Below are positions 12,191-24,444 of a stretch of 64,000 nt of DNA, one piece after another (the stretch's first letter is position 1; every line of letters starts with the position of its first letter). This DNA is from Spizellomyces punctatus DAOM BR117 (taxonomy: Eukaryota), in NCBI GenBank assembly GCA_000182565.2, contig KQ257457.1; one strand, 5' to 3'. Position numbers and translations under genes: made by a program. The notes under the pieces were generated by a model. It was not told the DNA's origin. It searched no databases and saw only the letters and a list, made by a program, of their open reading frames with translations.

Positions 12191-12780
12191 CTCTTGTTTC
12201 AACACACACACAAGGCCCTTTGTTATAATAATCTGTGCAATGTTCCGTAACGATGATGAACGATGATGGGCAGCGTCGTCGTCGTCGTCGTTGTGGGGGA
12301 GTCAAAACCTTGGCTCACCCAAAGCAGCAGCGTGGGAACTATTTTGCGCGGTGATACATTTTAACCCTCGTGATGGGGAATTTGATGTTACACAGATCAA
12401 TTTTCGATGACCATGTGATGATGACATGGATTTCCTTTTTAGGAAGTGTCACATGAAAGGAGGCCGAAATTCTCACGTTGGATCCGCCCCTTTCACGTGG
12501 CGTCCACGGAGGGCTAACGCCAAGGTAAGGGTTCGACCCACGCTGCAACAAGGGATATTTGTGTTTTTCTCACCACGCGCGCAAAGAACGCGCAGATGGC
12601 ACAGCGCGTGGCACATGGTGGCACAGCACACACAGACGATTCGGACAGTTTCGGACAAGGGCCACAAGGTGGAATCGCGCGCAGAAAGTACTTGAGCATA
12701 TAGCCCAAATGGAATTCTTGTATATTTTATTTGATCAAGTGACTTTCTACTGTACCATTACCATGTTATCAGACACTTTT

Positions 12781-15700
12781 CTAATGTTGTTGTTGCATTT
12801 CTGGCTGCGGCGCACCCACATTTTTAGCGGGCTTTTTGAGCAAAAAGTACCAAATACCCGCCGCGACAATGACCACACCGACAACACTGCCCACTGTCGC
12901 TCCTGCAATGACACCCTTTGAGACACTGCTACCAGAGTCAGGTGTGTCGCCGGGAGACTGGCCGTCAGGAGTCGAGGCAGCCTTGATCACGATCGAATAG
13001 GATCCTAGTGAGGTGCAGTCACAGGTGGTGCTGGAACCTCCTGTAGAGGTGTCAAGGGTGCTACAAGCAGTTGTGTTCCAAGCCGAGGTACTCGATTCCC
13101 ATTTGGCGCAGTGGGCAGTGTACGTGGTAGTCGACCGTTTGGTCAAGGCATGCACGTATCGCCTGTGGAGACTCGCGGTGGACGTGTAGCTCGTTGGAAT
13201 GGTAATGCGAATGGGCTTTTCGAGCGTATCGTTGAACGGAACACCATCCACATTGACTTTGAGAGTGAGCATTCCGGCCGTCAACCTAAGCATAAATGTT
13301 AATAAAAGTCTGAAGATGCCAACCATACTGTCTTACAAGCAACTTACGTAGATGATCCCGCGTTTGTGTCATTAGCTGTTACTGGGTAAGGGCTGTTGCC
13401 AACACAAGTGGACTTGATGACCACAACCTGCGTGTCTCCGACCGTGTCGTTCAACGTCTGCTGAAGAGACTCGCCGACCTGCGCAGAACACGACGTAGCG
13501 GCGGCCCTCCTGCTCAACCGTCTTGCTGGGTTGGATGGTTTCTCGCCAATGTTATCCGGAATAGATTCAATCGTCGCAGACACGACATCCAATCTCGTTC
13601 CTTGAACACTAATGGTTGCATTTTCACCGGGTGATAGAGTGTTCGACAAGGCATCTCCGACGTATCCCATGGTTTCCGTAAATGTGTCGCCAGAGCTTGA
13701 GTCGGAATCGGAACTGACAACGGATCCGAGAGCTGCAGACGCAAGGTTTTCAAGGGTGGATTGATCTGCACCGGTTGTGGCCAACACCTGAGCCAGTACC
13801 GCAACACCCTTTCCAACGTTGGCCTTTGAGCTGTCATCAACAGCACCAGTGTCCAGCAACTTGGCGAGAGCTTCAGTTTTTGACGATGCAGATTCAGCCG
13901 TCTCAGTGCTTGCATCAATGGTTCCTGTAAGGGCTTGGATCACTTGGCCAGTTGCATTCTTTGCTGCCTCGGACGTAGTATTGGAAGCCAGCAATTTGCT
14001 CGTGAAGGATTCCATCGCGGCCACCGTCAAACTGCTGGATCCACTGGAGAACAGGTTCACGTACGTGTCACTCAAGTTGTCGTCCGTGATCGTTTGTGCT
14101 GTGACGTTCACGTACAACGTGTACGGATCAGAGATGTAGAGCGTTCCAGGAATGTACGAGCGAACGCGGACTTCCACCCTGTATCCATCTGATTCAAAGC
14201 CACTGGGCAGGAGGAAGGATTGGGTTGAGGAACCTGGATATGCAATGCCGGTTTCCACACCCTTAATGCGGTAACTGTAATAATAGCTTCCAACTGAAAT
14301 ATCACTGCAAGAAACGGTAAAGAGCGTGGTCAGCTCCTGACCATTAGATGGTGAAATGCTGCAGGAACTGATTGGCGGAAGAGTTTTGGTAACGCTGAAG
14401 GTAGTGGCAGCAGTAGCAGTTGTGTTGTGAGAGTCGGTCAAAGTGAGATAGACAGTGTACTGGCCGTCATCAAGTTGGGAAGAGTCAATTCTGGATTATG
14501 CAAAATGGTTAGTCCAAGAAACTGCAAAAAATAGATCTGGTTGACATACTTTAGACCACCCTTTCCGACGGGCTTGGTAACCTTGGCAAGCGACACTTCG
14601 CCTCCATTACCGGCGATCAAAGCCCAGTTGTAAACCAAATCAGGAGAGTTGGTCACTACATTGGATGTGATATAGGCCGAGGAGCCACCGACAAAAGTGC
14701 TTCCAACTCCGTTAATGGTCAGGGCGACTTTTGCGTAGTATTTTGTTGTCTCGATCATCAGATTGACAGGTGGAGACTTTGGAGGACTCTCTTGCTCGCT
14801 GCGGAAGGTGAAAACCCTGAATATGTAATCACCTGGCCTCAAGGACGAAACTGGGATCGTAAAGTAGGGAGTGTCGGTACCAATATACAAGAAACCTTCC
14901 TCGTCATCACGGCGTACTTCGAACGCCCTAAATGTAGTGTTTGTCACGTCACGTCCTGACAGTATCTGGTCAACAGTTGTGGTCGAGGTCAGGTTGAAAG
15001 GGCAGGGAGTTTTCTCGATTCGGTTTTGACATGAGAACACGACCACAACGGGTTGAGCGACACTAGAGCCACTACCCGGGTTGAGCGACAAACATTTCTT
15101 CCATGCTGCGTATCCCTTGAACATGACAAAGTAGCACGGATCGATACCGTCGACAGTGTCAGATGCATCGAGAACGAGGGGCACAGCTCCGGATACGGTA
15201 CCATTCAAGTTGCTCAATAGGGGCCTGGACAAAGGTTTCTTAATGCTGAAAGACGCCACGGTCGTAACGTTTGCCACGAGTCGTCCATTGTAGGCGACAA
15301 ACATTGCCTGTGCTGTTACAGTGTGTTCGCTGGCCGACAAGGTTTGGAGAGGCAATGGGTACATGAGCGAGTAAGATGGCTTTCCTGCTCCTTCTGTGGT
15401 ATTGGGGCCTGTACTACTCCTTACGAGGTCAACGTTCCAGTAGATGAGAGTGTAGGCGTATTGGCATTGGAATGGCTCCACCGCAAGGTTGGCCTGACCA
15501 GATCCCGAGGGTTTGAAGACTCGGGAGGCAGGGTCAACGAGAGCTGAACCAGAGAAGACGATGGATGCCTTTCGGGGCGGCACAGGACAAGGGTCTATAG
15601 CAAAGACAAAAGATTAGAACAAACGCTAATTCATCTTTTACCGTTCCATATTTACCTATAACCGGGACGACTGGAGATGGTGACGGACTTGGGGATGGAA

Positions 15701-18656
15701 CAACGCCCGAAGGCTTGTCACCACCGCTTCCGGGAAACCCAGGGATACCGGGGATGGTAACGTTGGGTTTCGGGCCCTGGGGTGTTCCAGGTGTACCGGT
15801 CTCATTCTTCTTGGGGTCCCACGGGAAGCCAGGGAATCCAGGAATGCCGGGAATCTCTGGGAACGACCCATTCCCGTTGGGGTCCCAGGGGAAGTGTGGG
15901 AAGGAAGGCAGCGATGCATTATTTTTTGGGTCCCAAGGCACGTTGGGGAATGGTGGCTGCGTTCCATTGACCTTGTCCCAGGGGAAGCCGATTTCGGGAG
16001 GCTGAGGGTCCTCTGGCCAGAACACTGGAATGGAGAAGGGCACGGGCCATGTCCTGTTGCCGTTTGGAAGCGGGAAGAACGGGAACTCTGGCCAGGGCTT
16101 TTCAGTAGAGCTCTCCACGTCCGACATGTTCGGGAACTCTGGCCAGAAAGGCCCACGGAAGGTGACGTTCCATTCAGGATGGTCCGGGAAACGGGGGAAG
16201 GGGAAAGGTGGTCCAGCGTTCCCACTGCCATTCTTCTTGTCCCATGGCCAAAAGACGCCGTCGAGCGGGCTGGTACCATTGAAGATTGTCTTTGGAGAGA
16301 TTTCATCGTCAAAGTGTGGTGGTTCAATGCCAAAGTGGCGGAACCACTCGACCGGGAACGGCAGCGAGTGTTGGCTAGCTTCCGTGGCCGGAAGAGGAGT
16401 AGGGTAACCCCAACCGCTTGCGTTGTAGCCTGGCGGTGTAGGAGAGCAAACCTCGTAAGGGAAAGCTGTCTTGTTGGACCCAGTAGGGCTGGAAGCGTTG
16501 AATTGGTTTTCCATCACCTGTCTGCGGACTCTGCGTCTGGCAGGAGGAGACGGGGTTGCCGACGGCCAAGGACTGCTGTTGCTACTGTCCGGGGCGGATG
16601 ATGGGCTGAAGGAGCTGGGAGCAGGCGAAGGACTGCCCGATGGAGCTGACGAGGGGCCGCTCCAGCTAGACTGGTCGAACGAGCTGGGAGCAGGAGAAGG
16701 GCTTCCTGAGGGTACTGACGAGGGAACGTTCCAGCTGGACGGAGCTCCAGAAGGCGCGGGGCCGACCGAGCTAGGAACGGACGAAGGACCATTCCAGCTA
16801 GACTGGTCGAACGAGCTGGGAGCAGGAGAAGGGCTTCCTGAGGGTACTGACGAGGGAACGTTCCAGCTGGACGGAGATCCAGAAGGCGCGGGGCCGACCG
16901 AGCTAGGCACGGACGAAGGACCATTCCAGCTAGACTGGTCGAAGGAGCTGGGAGCAGGAGAAGGGCTTCCTGAGGGTACTGACGAGGGACCGTTCCAGCT
17001 GGATGGAGATCCAGAAGGCGCGGGGCCGACCGAGCTGGGAGCAAACGAAGGACCACTCCAGCTGGACGGAGCTCCAGAAGGAGACGCAGGGCCAACCGAG
17101 CTGGGAGCAAACGAAGGACCATTCCAGCTGGACGGAGCTCCAGAAGGCGCAGGGCCGACCGAACTAGGGGCAAATGACGGACCATTCCAGCTTGACACGG
17201 GTCCAGCACCAGATGAGGGTCCGAACGAACTGTATCCCGGCGAGGGCAATCCCGAATTGAAAGGAGGAGGCGATGCAGTCCAGGTTCCAGACATGGGAGG
17301 TACAGCCGTTTGACTAGGGTAGTTCCCAGACATTGATGGAGGACTTCCAGAGAGCGGTGGCTTTGTCTCAGAGTACATGGGTGGATAAGAACTCTGTGGG
17401 TACTTTGGCGGATACGAGGACGTTGGTGCATAACCTTCAGTCCTGTTCCCGCTGGACGGGCAAGGGAACGGGTAAGGTAGTGGATACCATGTTCTGTTCT
17501 TGGACCCATCGGCAATAGACCAAATGGGATATGGATATGGCGGAGCGTATGTTCCCGGTTGAGCGGGTGGGTACACGGACACCCATGTCACATCGTAGGA
17601 CATTCCGTTGTATTCGACGTTGTAAACTGGGTACAAGGGGTAACCGAAGGGGCCAGTAAAGCCGGGACCTGGCGGCAAGTAAGACCAGTTACCGTTCATG
17701 GGTGGATTCGGACCATCGCCGTTCATGGGGGGGTAATAGGTCCAGTTGCCGGGATAGTAGGTTCCATTGCCATTATAAGGTGGTGGGTAAGTTCCGTTCC
17801 CTGAAGGATAGCACATTCCGTTTCCTAGCGGACAGGACGTTCCATTGCCATTATAAGGTGGTGGGTAGGTTCCATTTCCTGGAGGATAGCACGTTCCGTT
17901 TCCAGGAGAACAGTACGTTCCATTGCCGTCCATTGGTGGCGGGTAAGTTCCATTTCCTGGAGGATAGCATTTTTCGTTTCCTGGCGGACAGTACGTTCCA
18001 TTGCCGTCCATTGGTGGTGGGTAAGTTCCATTTCCTGGAGGATAGCACGTTCCGTTTCCAGGAGAACAGTACGTTCCATTGCCGTCCATTGGTGGTGGGT
18101 AAGTTCCATTTCCTGGAGGATAGCACGTTCCGTTTCCAGGAGAACAGTACGTTCCGTTGCCATTATAAGGAGGTGGGTAAGTTCCGTTCCCTGGAGGATA
18201 GCATGTTTCGTTTCCGGGAGCACAGTACGTTCCGTTCCCGTACATGTATGTTCCATTGTTTTGCGGATACGTTCCATTCCCGTTCATCGGTGGTGGGTAT
18301 GTTCCATTACCTGACGGATATGTTTCGTTTCCGTCCATTGGTGGTGGATAAGTTCCATTTCCTGGCGGATACGTTCCATTTCCGTTCATCGGTGGTGGAT
18401 ACGTTCCATTACCTGGCGGATAGGTTCCGTTTCCGCCCATTAATGGTGGGTAAGTTCCATTTCCAAAAGGAGACGTTGCGTTCCCATCTGGAGGAGGAAC
18501 CCAAGTTCCATTTCCGTTTGTTCCGTTCACAAACGCTTGGGTATCGTTGCTGGAGGCGGGGACAGTGCTATTCCCACCCGCCTGACCAAAAACAGCCGTT
18601 ACATAGACGGCAAACACTACCGCAAGCAGCAGGTGGAAGGATGTATTGCCCTTCAT
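12781..18656 (-). CDS. ~1897-aa type I membrane protein: signal peptide, NGT/Cys repeats, Ser/Pro repeats, REJ-like domain, GAIN/GPS-like domain, single TM, short tail
   Basis: Four ORFs join through GT-AG introns 15595-15655, 14491-14549 and 13286-13347. Exons 3001+1045+1143+505 = 5694 nt, divisible by 3. REJ-like motifs: LVLDASDTVD, PPISSCSISPSNG.ELTTLFTVSC, FLLPSG. GPS-like motif: CAKW..S.AWNTTAC...TTCDCTSLGSYSIV. TM: VIAGATVGSVVGVVIVAAGIWYFLL. Confidence 0.85.
16590..17200 (-). repeat. Coding tandem repeat, Ser/Pro/Gly-rich; 132-bp (44-aa) higher-order unit
   Basis: gactggtcga recurs at 16669, 16801 and 16933; unit is approximately SSFDQSSWNGPSSVPSSVGPAPSGSPSSWNVPSSVPSGSPSPAP. Confidence 0.9.
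17750..18470 (-). repeat. Coding tandem repeats rich in N-glycosylation sequons (GNGTYPP; 26-aa Cys-containing unit)
   Basis: Repeated GNGTYCSPGNGTCYPPGNGTYPPPMD (78 bp) and shorter GNGTYPPGNGTYPPPM units. Confidence 0.9.
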
Positions 18657-19619
18657 CCCAAGCTGAATGTGGTAGATGGGTATGTATAGAATTTATTGGG
18701 TATGTAGCCTTCTGTGTTAAAAGATGAGATGCAAACGAAAAAGTCAAAGCTGCTGGGTTCCATCCTTTTTATTCACTTTATCAAAGCCTAACATCCTCGC
18801 CATGTCCAAACAAGTCTTCAAGCACATACTCAGCACGACGCCCATGTATTGTTATTTCTGTGTTCGCTAGATGTTCACCACATCAAAATAGCCAAACAAA
18901 CGCCGCGTTCCACGGGGTTTGTTTGCACGTTCACAGCAAGGTGTATACTCCAATTAGTGAGCTCATTTCCCGAACAATAGAACAAGGGCTTATGGCTCCC
19001 AGAATTCTAGATGCAGAATTTGGGGATCTGCCAAGATATGCACCAACCTTCCTTCAGGGCGGAAACGGAGCTCTCCGATAGCTTACATAAGCTGTTTGGT
19101 TCGGACGTGTTTTGCAACAAAGCTGAATCAACCGCCACAACTGCAAAAACAAGGACGATGGAAAGCAGTGATTTTCAGTCTCGTTAGTTGTTTTATTTTC
19201 ATCCATTGTAATGGAATGCCAAGTCTAAATCGCCATGACGATACTCAAAATAAAGGCAGACTTTGTCTTGGCAGTACGAATTTCAAAACAAATATGCTCT
19301 ATATCAATGTTTGGAGGACATTGATGAGTGTTACTTCTTTGAACATAGACGATGGGGCTTAGTCCCTTCTGTGGCTGTTATGGCTCGCTATTATCAATTC
19401 CCGTGACAAGCAATGCGATCATAAGCGGGAATTACTTCAACAAGGACGACGTAACGATTGATCAAAGTGGCCAACATACCAATTCACCCTTGCAAAAGCT
19501 CCCTCTACATGGCCTCCTAGCCTCCATATTCTAAATGGCAAGATGCTGCGTACACAACACATAGATAGCGGGAGAAACACACACCAGGGGAAAAAAGAAT
19601 TGATGCTACAAGATTCTAG

Positions 19620-19691
19620 GGGCTCAGCCGAGAATCGAACTCGGGACCACCCGCACCCTAAGCGGGTATTATACCACTAAACCACTGAGCC
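19620..19691 (-). tRNA. tRNA-Pro (anticodon AGG), intronless
   Basis: Reverse complement reads GGCTCAG-TGGTTTAGTGGTATAATA-CCCGC-TTAGGGT-GCGGG-TGGTC-CCGAGTTCGATTCTCGG-CTGAGCC-C. It folds as a cloverleaf with A and B boxes, and a T6 Pol III terminator lies at 19591-19596. Confidence 0.96.
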
Positions 19692-19799
19692 GGACGAAAA
19701 TGGGAGCCACTTAGGGCTCTATCACTCATATGCATATTTATATGCCCCAGCTGGTTTAGCACAGGTAAGATCCGTCTGGCGACGGGAGGAGAAAGGTTC

Positions 19800-21850
19800 C
19801 TTCCAGATATTCTGGATAATCATTATCATTTATTTTTGTTCCAGAAATATGACCTGATCGTCCAAGCGATATAATGAAGTTTGGACATATTCGTCGTCAT
19901 GGGCAGATGAAGATGTGGAACCATTGGTCGTTGCTTCCCTTTATATCCCCTTATATCCTTTATCTTTTAAAGCGGAATATGGAAATTCTCACGCCCACCG
20001 TTTCAAGACTTCAGCAGGAACCGCCATTCCGCTCATCCTAGGAGCGAACCAAATGCGCCCTTGTACCACCGCCCGATAACATGTCCGCTACCAATCTTCT
20101 TGGAGAAGCAACCCACATGATGAACTATTATCCCCAAGCCGTCAAGCTTTTACTGTTGCTTCGCTGTCGGCGACTCTCCCTTACTCCCTGCAGGTTTCAG
20201 CATGTATCAGAAATTTCAGCATTTGGACATGGCCATATTAAAATGTTAGAAGGGTAAGCGGACCGACACGATTTATCTTAGTAGACGAGAGTTTTCTTAT
20301 TACTGATTGAGGAAGACGTACACATGTACGGAAGTGACAAAAGGCCAGCGGAAACATATCTTACAGTACAAAACATCATATAAATTGTTTGCTGCCAAGA
20401 GTTCAAGTAACGGCATGACCCACTGTAATGATCCAGCAGCTGAATTCCCGCTTAGACTGAAGCTATAGTACTGGAAAATGAATACTATAGCACATTCCAA
20501 TTTTTCAAATTTCTTTGTAACTCTCGAATCGTATATCAGAGGACTCATGGTTACTTTGTCTATCACCAGAATTTTTGGTATGGTGCACGGGTGTCCGTCA
20601 TTGCGCGCGGAGCCGAGATGGAGTATGTCACTAGATCTTGCTATAGAGACTGCTAATAGCAGAACCCCTTTGGAGACTTTTACAAAAAGATATTCAGTTG
20701 ATCGCAATCTCCCAAGGTCTGGTCCTCTTACTGATACTATTAGTGATTTAAGCCCTCTGTATCCTGTTGCTGCAGGATCATTCACGCCTGTCGAAATGCA
20801 AGCTGTGTAACGTATTTCACAAATTGCTTCACTATTAGATTCCACCTCTGTGCAGCCAAAACAGATCAGCTTACCAATATACCTCAATTCGCTTCTGTTC
20901 AATTGCACCCCTTCAGGATTGAGTACGTCCAGCATCCGCAATGTACTCACGCAAGTATTCATTTGCGCCTGTGCAATAATCTCATACGAACGTTAAAGCT
21001 TACACTGCCTTAGGGCAGCTTCAATTAATGTCGTATCAGCCGAGATATTCAAAGGCTGGAGCGGTAACTATTTCATCAAATTGGATATTCAACCAACTCG
21101 GCCCCTGGTACCCAATGGGATCTGGAATGACGTTAGCCCAGCCACTGTTGTAATTACCCAAGCAAGCAATCTAGTGTCTTGAGCGGGTAACACTTACAAT
21201 AAATGCTTACATGCGATGTTACTGCACTCCTCCGAGTCGGCGTCATCGCCTTAAGGTTCTCCAACGCCGTTTCGGGTCCTTAATGATTGGCCAGGAGATT
21301 CCGAGGCGCAACAGCCAAAAACTTGAAAGCGCTAAAAAAGAGGTTATGGAATCCATAGCGAAGCGAGCTGTCAAGACCGGGAAGAAAGCGTCGAAGTTAC
21401 GAAAAACACAGTGTTCAGTGTGATTATGCAACATCGATCAGTCACGTGAATCATCAACCAGATCAAGAATCTGCTTCTCGAGGGAGTGCCATAAGTCTTC
21501 GACTGTTAAAAGGATGAAATGCAATTCCTCTCGTTGTTACGGATATCAAAAGCGAGGCCCATAGCGCAGCAGACAATCAGCGATCACAATGTAGGCTTCT
21601 TAACGAAATAGCGCCATCAGCATTATAGCTTTCACTAGCGACAGTACGATGGTAGATATCCATTCCCATGCAAAATACACACTATCCATTCTGCGCATAT
21701 GGATGTCACGCTTGATCTTTACCCGAAAGTCCTCCATAAACGGACTCACCTCCACTTCCAAAGCTTCAGGATAGTTGCCGCCTACAATATCTGGCCTTTT
21801 TTTTTCTTCATTAGATGCAAGCCTATGACAAGAGATAGACCTGATCACAT
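19800..21850 (-). pseudogene. Possible decayed gene of unknown family
   Basis: 220-aa ORF at 20300-20962, flanked by protein-like fragments and intron-like GT..AG segments broken by stops; no recognisable motif. Confidence 0.25.
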
Positions 21851-21929
21851 ACGAGGCAAGAGATCTCTGAAGACTTTTTTCTACTCACCATCCCGAGGGG
21901 GTCAGACGATTGAAGCATGGCTAAAACAT

Positions 21930-23290
21930 CAAAGATTCAATATGCTTCAAATGTGGTGCGAAAGAACATATGGCCAACCGGTTCCATACGGCAATGCACC
22001 CTGCCGAGCTCTACCTTCAGTCACAAGAAACAAATATGAAGGAGCACCCAAAGCTCTCGAACGAGAGACCCCACTAAGACGGAACCTTCTGACCATAATA
22101 AATCTATTGAAGTCAATCAATAGGACTGCCCTCTAACCCGGGTGACATTGGCTTATCCTGCTCCAGCACTTCCTACCACACCAACCGTGTATAAGCACCC
22201 TAATGAACAACCAGCTTTTCCGGAACGAACTCAAGAAAACATCTGTGGGCCAATCAAGCCCCTTCTGGACCCTCCCGCTTTGTTTATGGACCTACGAGAT
22301 TGTTTCTTTCAATGATCCTCTGTTGGCCTCCTATCTTCCCGCATTTCTCCTTTCCCCGACTCCTGGCACAGCTTGTCCGCTTACATCCACAGTTCCCTGA
22401 CTCTTCCATGGACATCATCCGAATGGACCAAGCTGGTGTGATTTCCTTCAGCCTATAGCGACTATTCTACTGCTGTCGGCATCACCAATGAGACTCCCTG
22501 CCTCACCTATACACTGAATGAATTAGCCGAATCGTACATCTTGACCATAGATCGCTCCATGTTGACGAGATCAATCTTACCAGCTTACGGCCATGAGAGA
22601 CGCTGTCCGCATGCAAGTAAACTTCCTGTGAACGTCTCGATCTACGCACAAGTCAGGCGAAACAAGAGATTAGACGAGCTTACACCTGAAAGTAATAGCC
22701 GACAAGCTTCGAGATGCCGTTCAGTAAGGCAGGCAGAGCTCCTACAGCGATTGCACCAGCAATACGTGGCAATCAAGAGCTTGAAATGCCTATACGTACT
22801 GCTGTCGAACCCTCAAGTAAAAGTGGACGACCATCAGATCCAACTTTCGGCGAGTACCAACAAGAGAGAAATAGTATGACTTTACACTCTACAGAATGAG
22901 AAAGTTGTTATGGGATACTGCTCATCTGATTAGAACTGGGATGCGACTGCAGTGGATGATATATACCATGCCGCATCTGTCGTGGATGGCCACGATTACC
23001 CTCCCCCCAAATCTATTGATGAAGCTCAGACAGTACCAGATCTGTCAAGGTGGAAAAAGGGCCCTTGAACCAGAGCTTGTCTCTATTCGAAAACGTGGAG
23101 TTTTTGGACCTATATGGGGTTGACTTCGTGGGATACAGCATGTCACTGAGGAAACGGAATGAAATGGGTGAACGTAGCAGATATTAACCGCGGTAATTGA
23201 ATGGTCTCAAATTCCGCTACCTGGTTGGAGTTGCTGTGAAAGAGAAGTTGCGCATGAGACTTATGGATGTTGTAGTTGCCTATCTGTACG
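21930..23290 (+). mobile_element. Degenerate Ty1/copia LTR retrotransposon internal fragment (gag knuckle, integrase, RT N-terminus)
   Basis: Motifs occur in copia order. Zn knuckle: CFKCGAKEHMANRF (~21943). Integrase: EQPAFPERTQENICGPI (~22205) and IIRMDQAG..AYSDYSTAVGI..NELAESYI..RSML (22410-22580). RT: PKSIDEA..RWKK, ELVSIRKRGVFGP, RKRNEMGE and FRYLVGVAVKEKLRMRLMDVVVAYLY. Many stops, frameshifts and deletions. Confidence 0.85.
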
Positions 23291-24444
23291 TTCTTAGACA
23301 AAGAATTCTGTATGCGGTGACCCGTGAAAGTCGAACGTCTATTTGGTGTCCTGTTTCCACTGAGGAACCTGGCAAGCCCTTTGAGAGAAAGCCGTCAGAA
23401 GGAGCATCTGCACAGAGGCTGAAAGTCCTAGAGAGTGACCTGAATGAATCGGCGCCAGATCAGGCTCCAACTGATGAGCTGCTAAGAAGGCACAAGTTCT
23501 CTGGACTGGGTTAGGATGCTAAGAAAGCCCGCTCACCAGGTGGCTGTATGTATTCAAGAGTACATACCTCTGCTCAAGACTGGCGAAACTAGTACAAAGC
23601 CGCGGCTAGTCCGTTATAAGCGATAATACTTGCACCAATGCTGCTGCGACACGAGAGAATTGGAAATGGGCATTCTCGCTCTCATTTTATACCCAAAATC
23701 ACCTCACCATAATCAAAACTATTATTGGAACGTTGTACTTTTTTCATATTAAATCCAAACAAGCTCCCCAGCACCCCCAAATCATCATCTAGCCCACATA
23801 AAAAGATTACATGCAATTCTGTCGCAACAGCTAACTCTATGATGAACTCTGTGGGAAACTGAGCGGAAGATCAACCCCGGTATGGTCGGACCAATCGACG
23901 TTGAGGCAACCAGAAGTTTACGAAATGATAGGTGGCAGAGTGCGGTACATCCCAGAATATAAGAATACCAACCTGGCGACAATGCTAGGATTGGCCGGCG
24001 CCTGGTCACCCTGTTTGAATAATGAGGGAATGATCAACCACGGCATGCTTGGTGCAATTGACGCAGAAGTAAAAACTCAACAATATCTTCAACCACCGCA
24101 CCTAGCAGATTCGCTGGGAACCATTGCTGATTGGTGTGGACTAAGAGGAACTTTCATAATTCTATATTTGGTTAAATCAAAATTACAAGAGTATTCTCTA
24201 TTTGGTTAAATCAAGTGTCCACGCGACCCAGACATTTCTATAAAAGCGCGTCCGTTCGCGACGCTCCCTCGCAACATTCTCCCACGTCTTCTTCCTCGAC
24301 AATCGAATCCCTTCTTTTCTACCTCTCGCAAATTTCACCGATATTTTAAAAGGTGGGTGGCAATTTGGGATGAAGGATTTGGTTCTTTGTAAGAGGGGCA
24401 GCCGCTGGAGGTTATGCAATCTTGTGTGCATCTGTTGACGAGTG

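Noticed and set aside
12340-12700. CGCG-rich E2F/SBF-like and CACGTG motifs upstream of the Sec14 gene
   Set aside because: Short motifs that do not match the consensus exactly and are expected by chance; no supporting evidence.
16471-18727. Long antisense/alternate-frame ORFs (280, 333 and 341 aa)
   Set aside because: Shadows of the stop-poor tandem repeats in the REJ/GPS gene.
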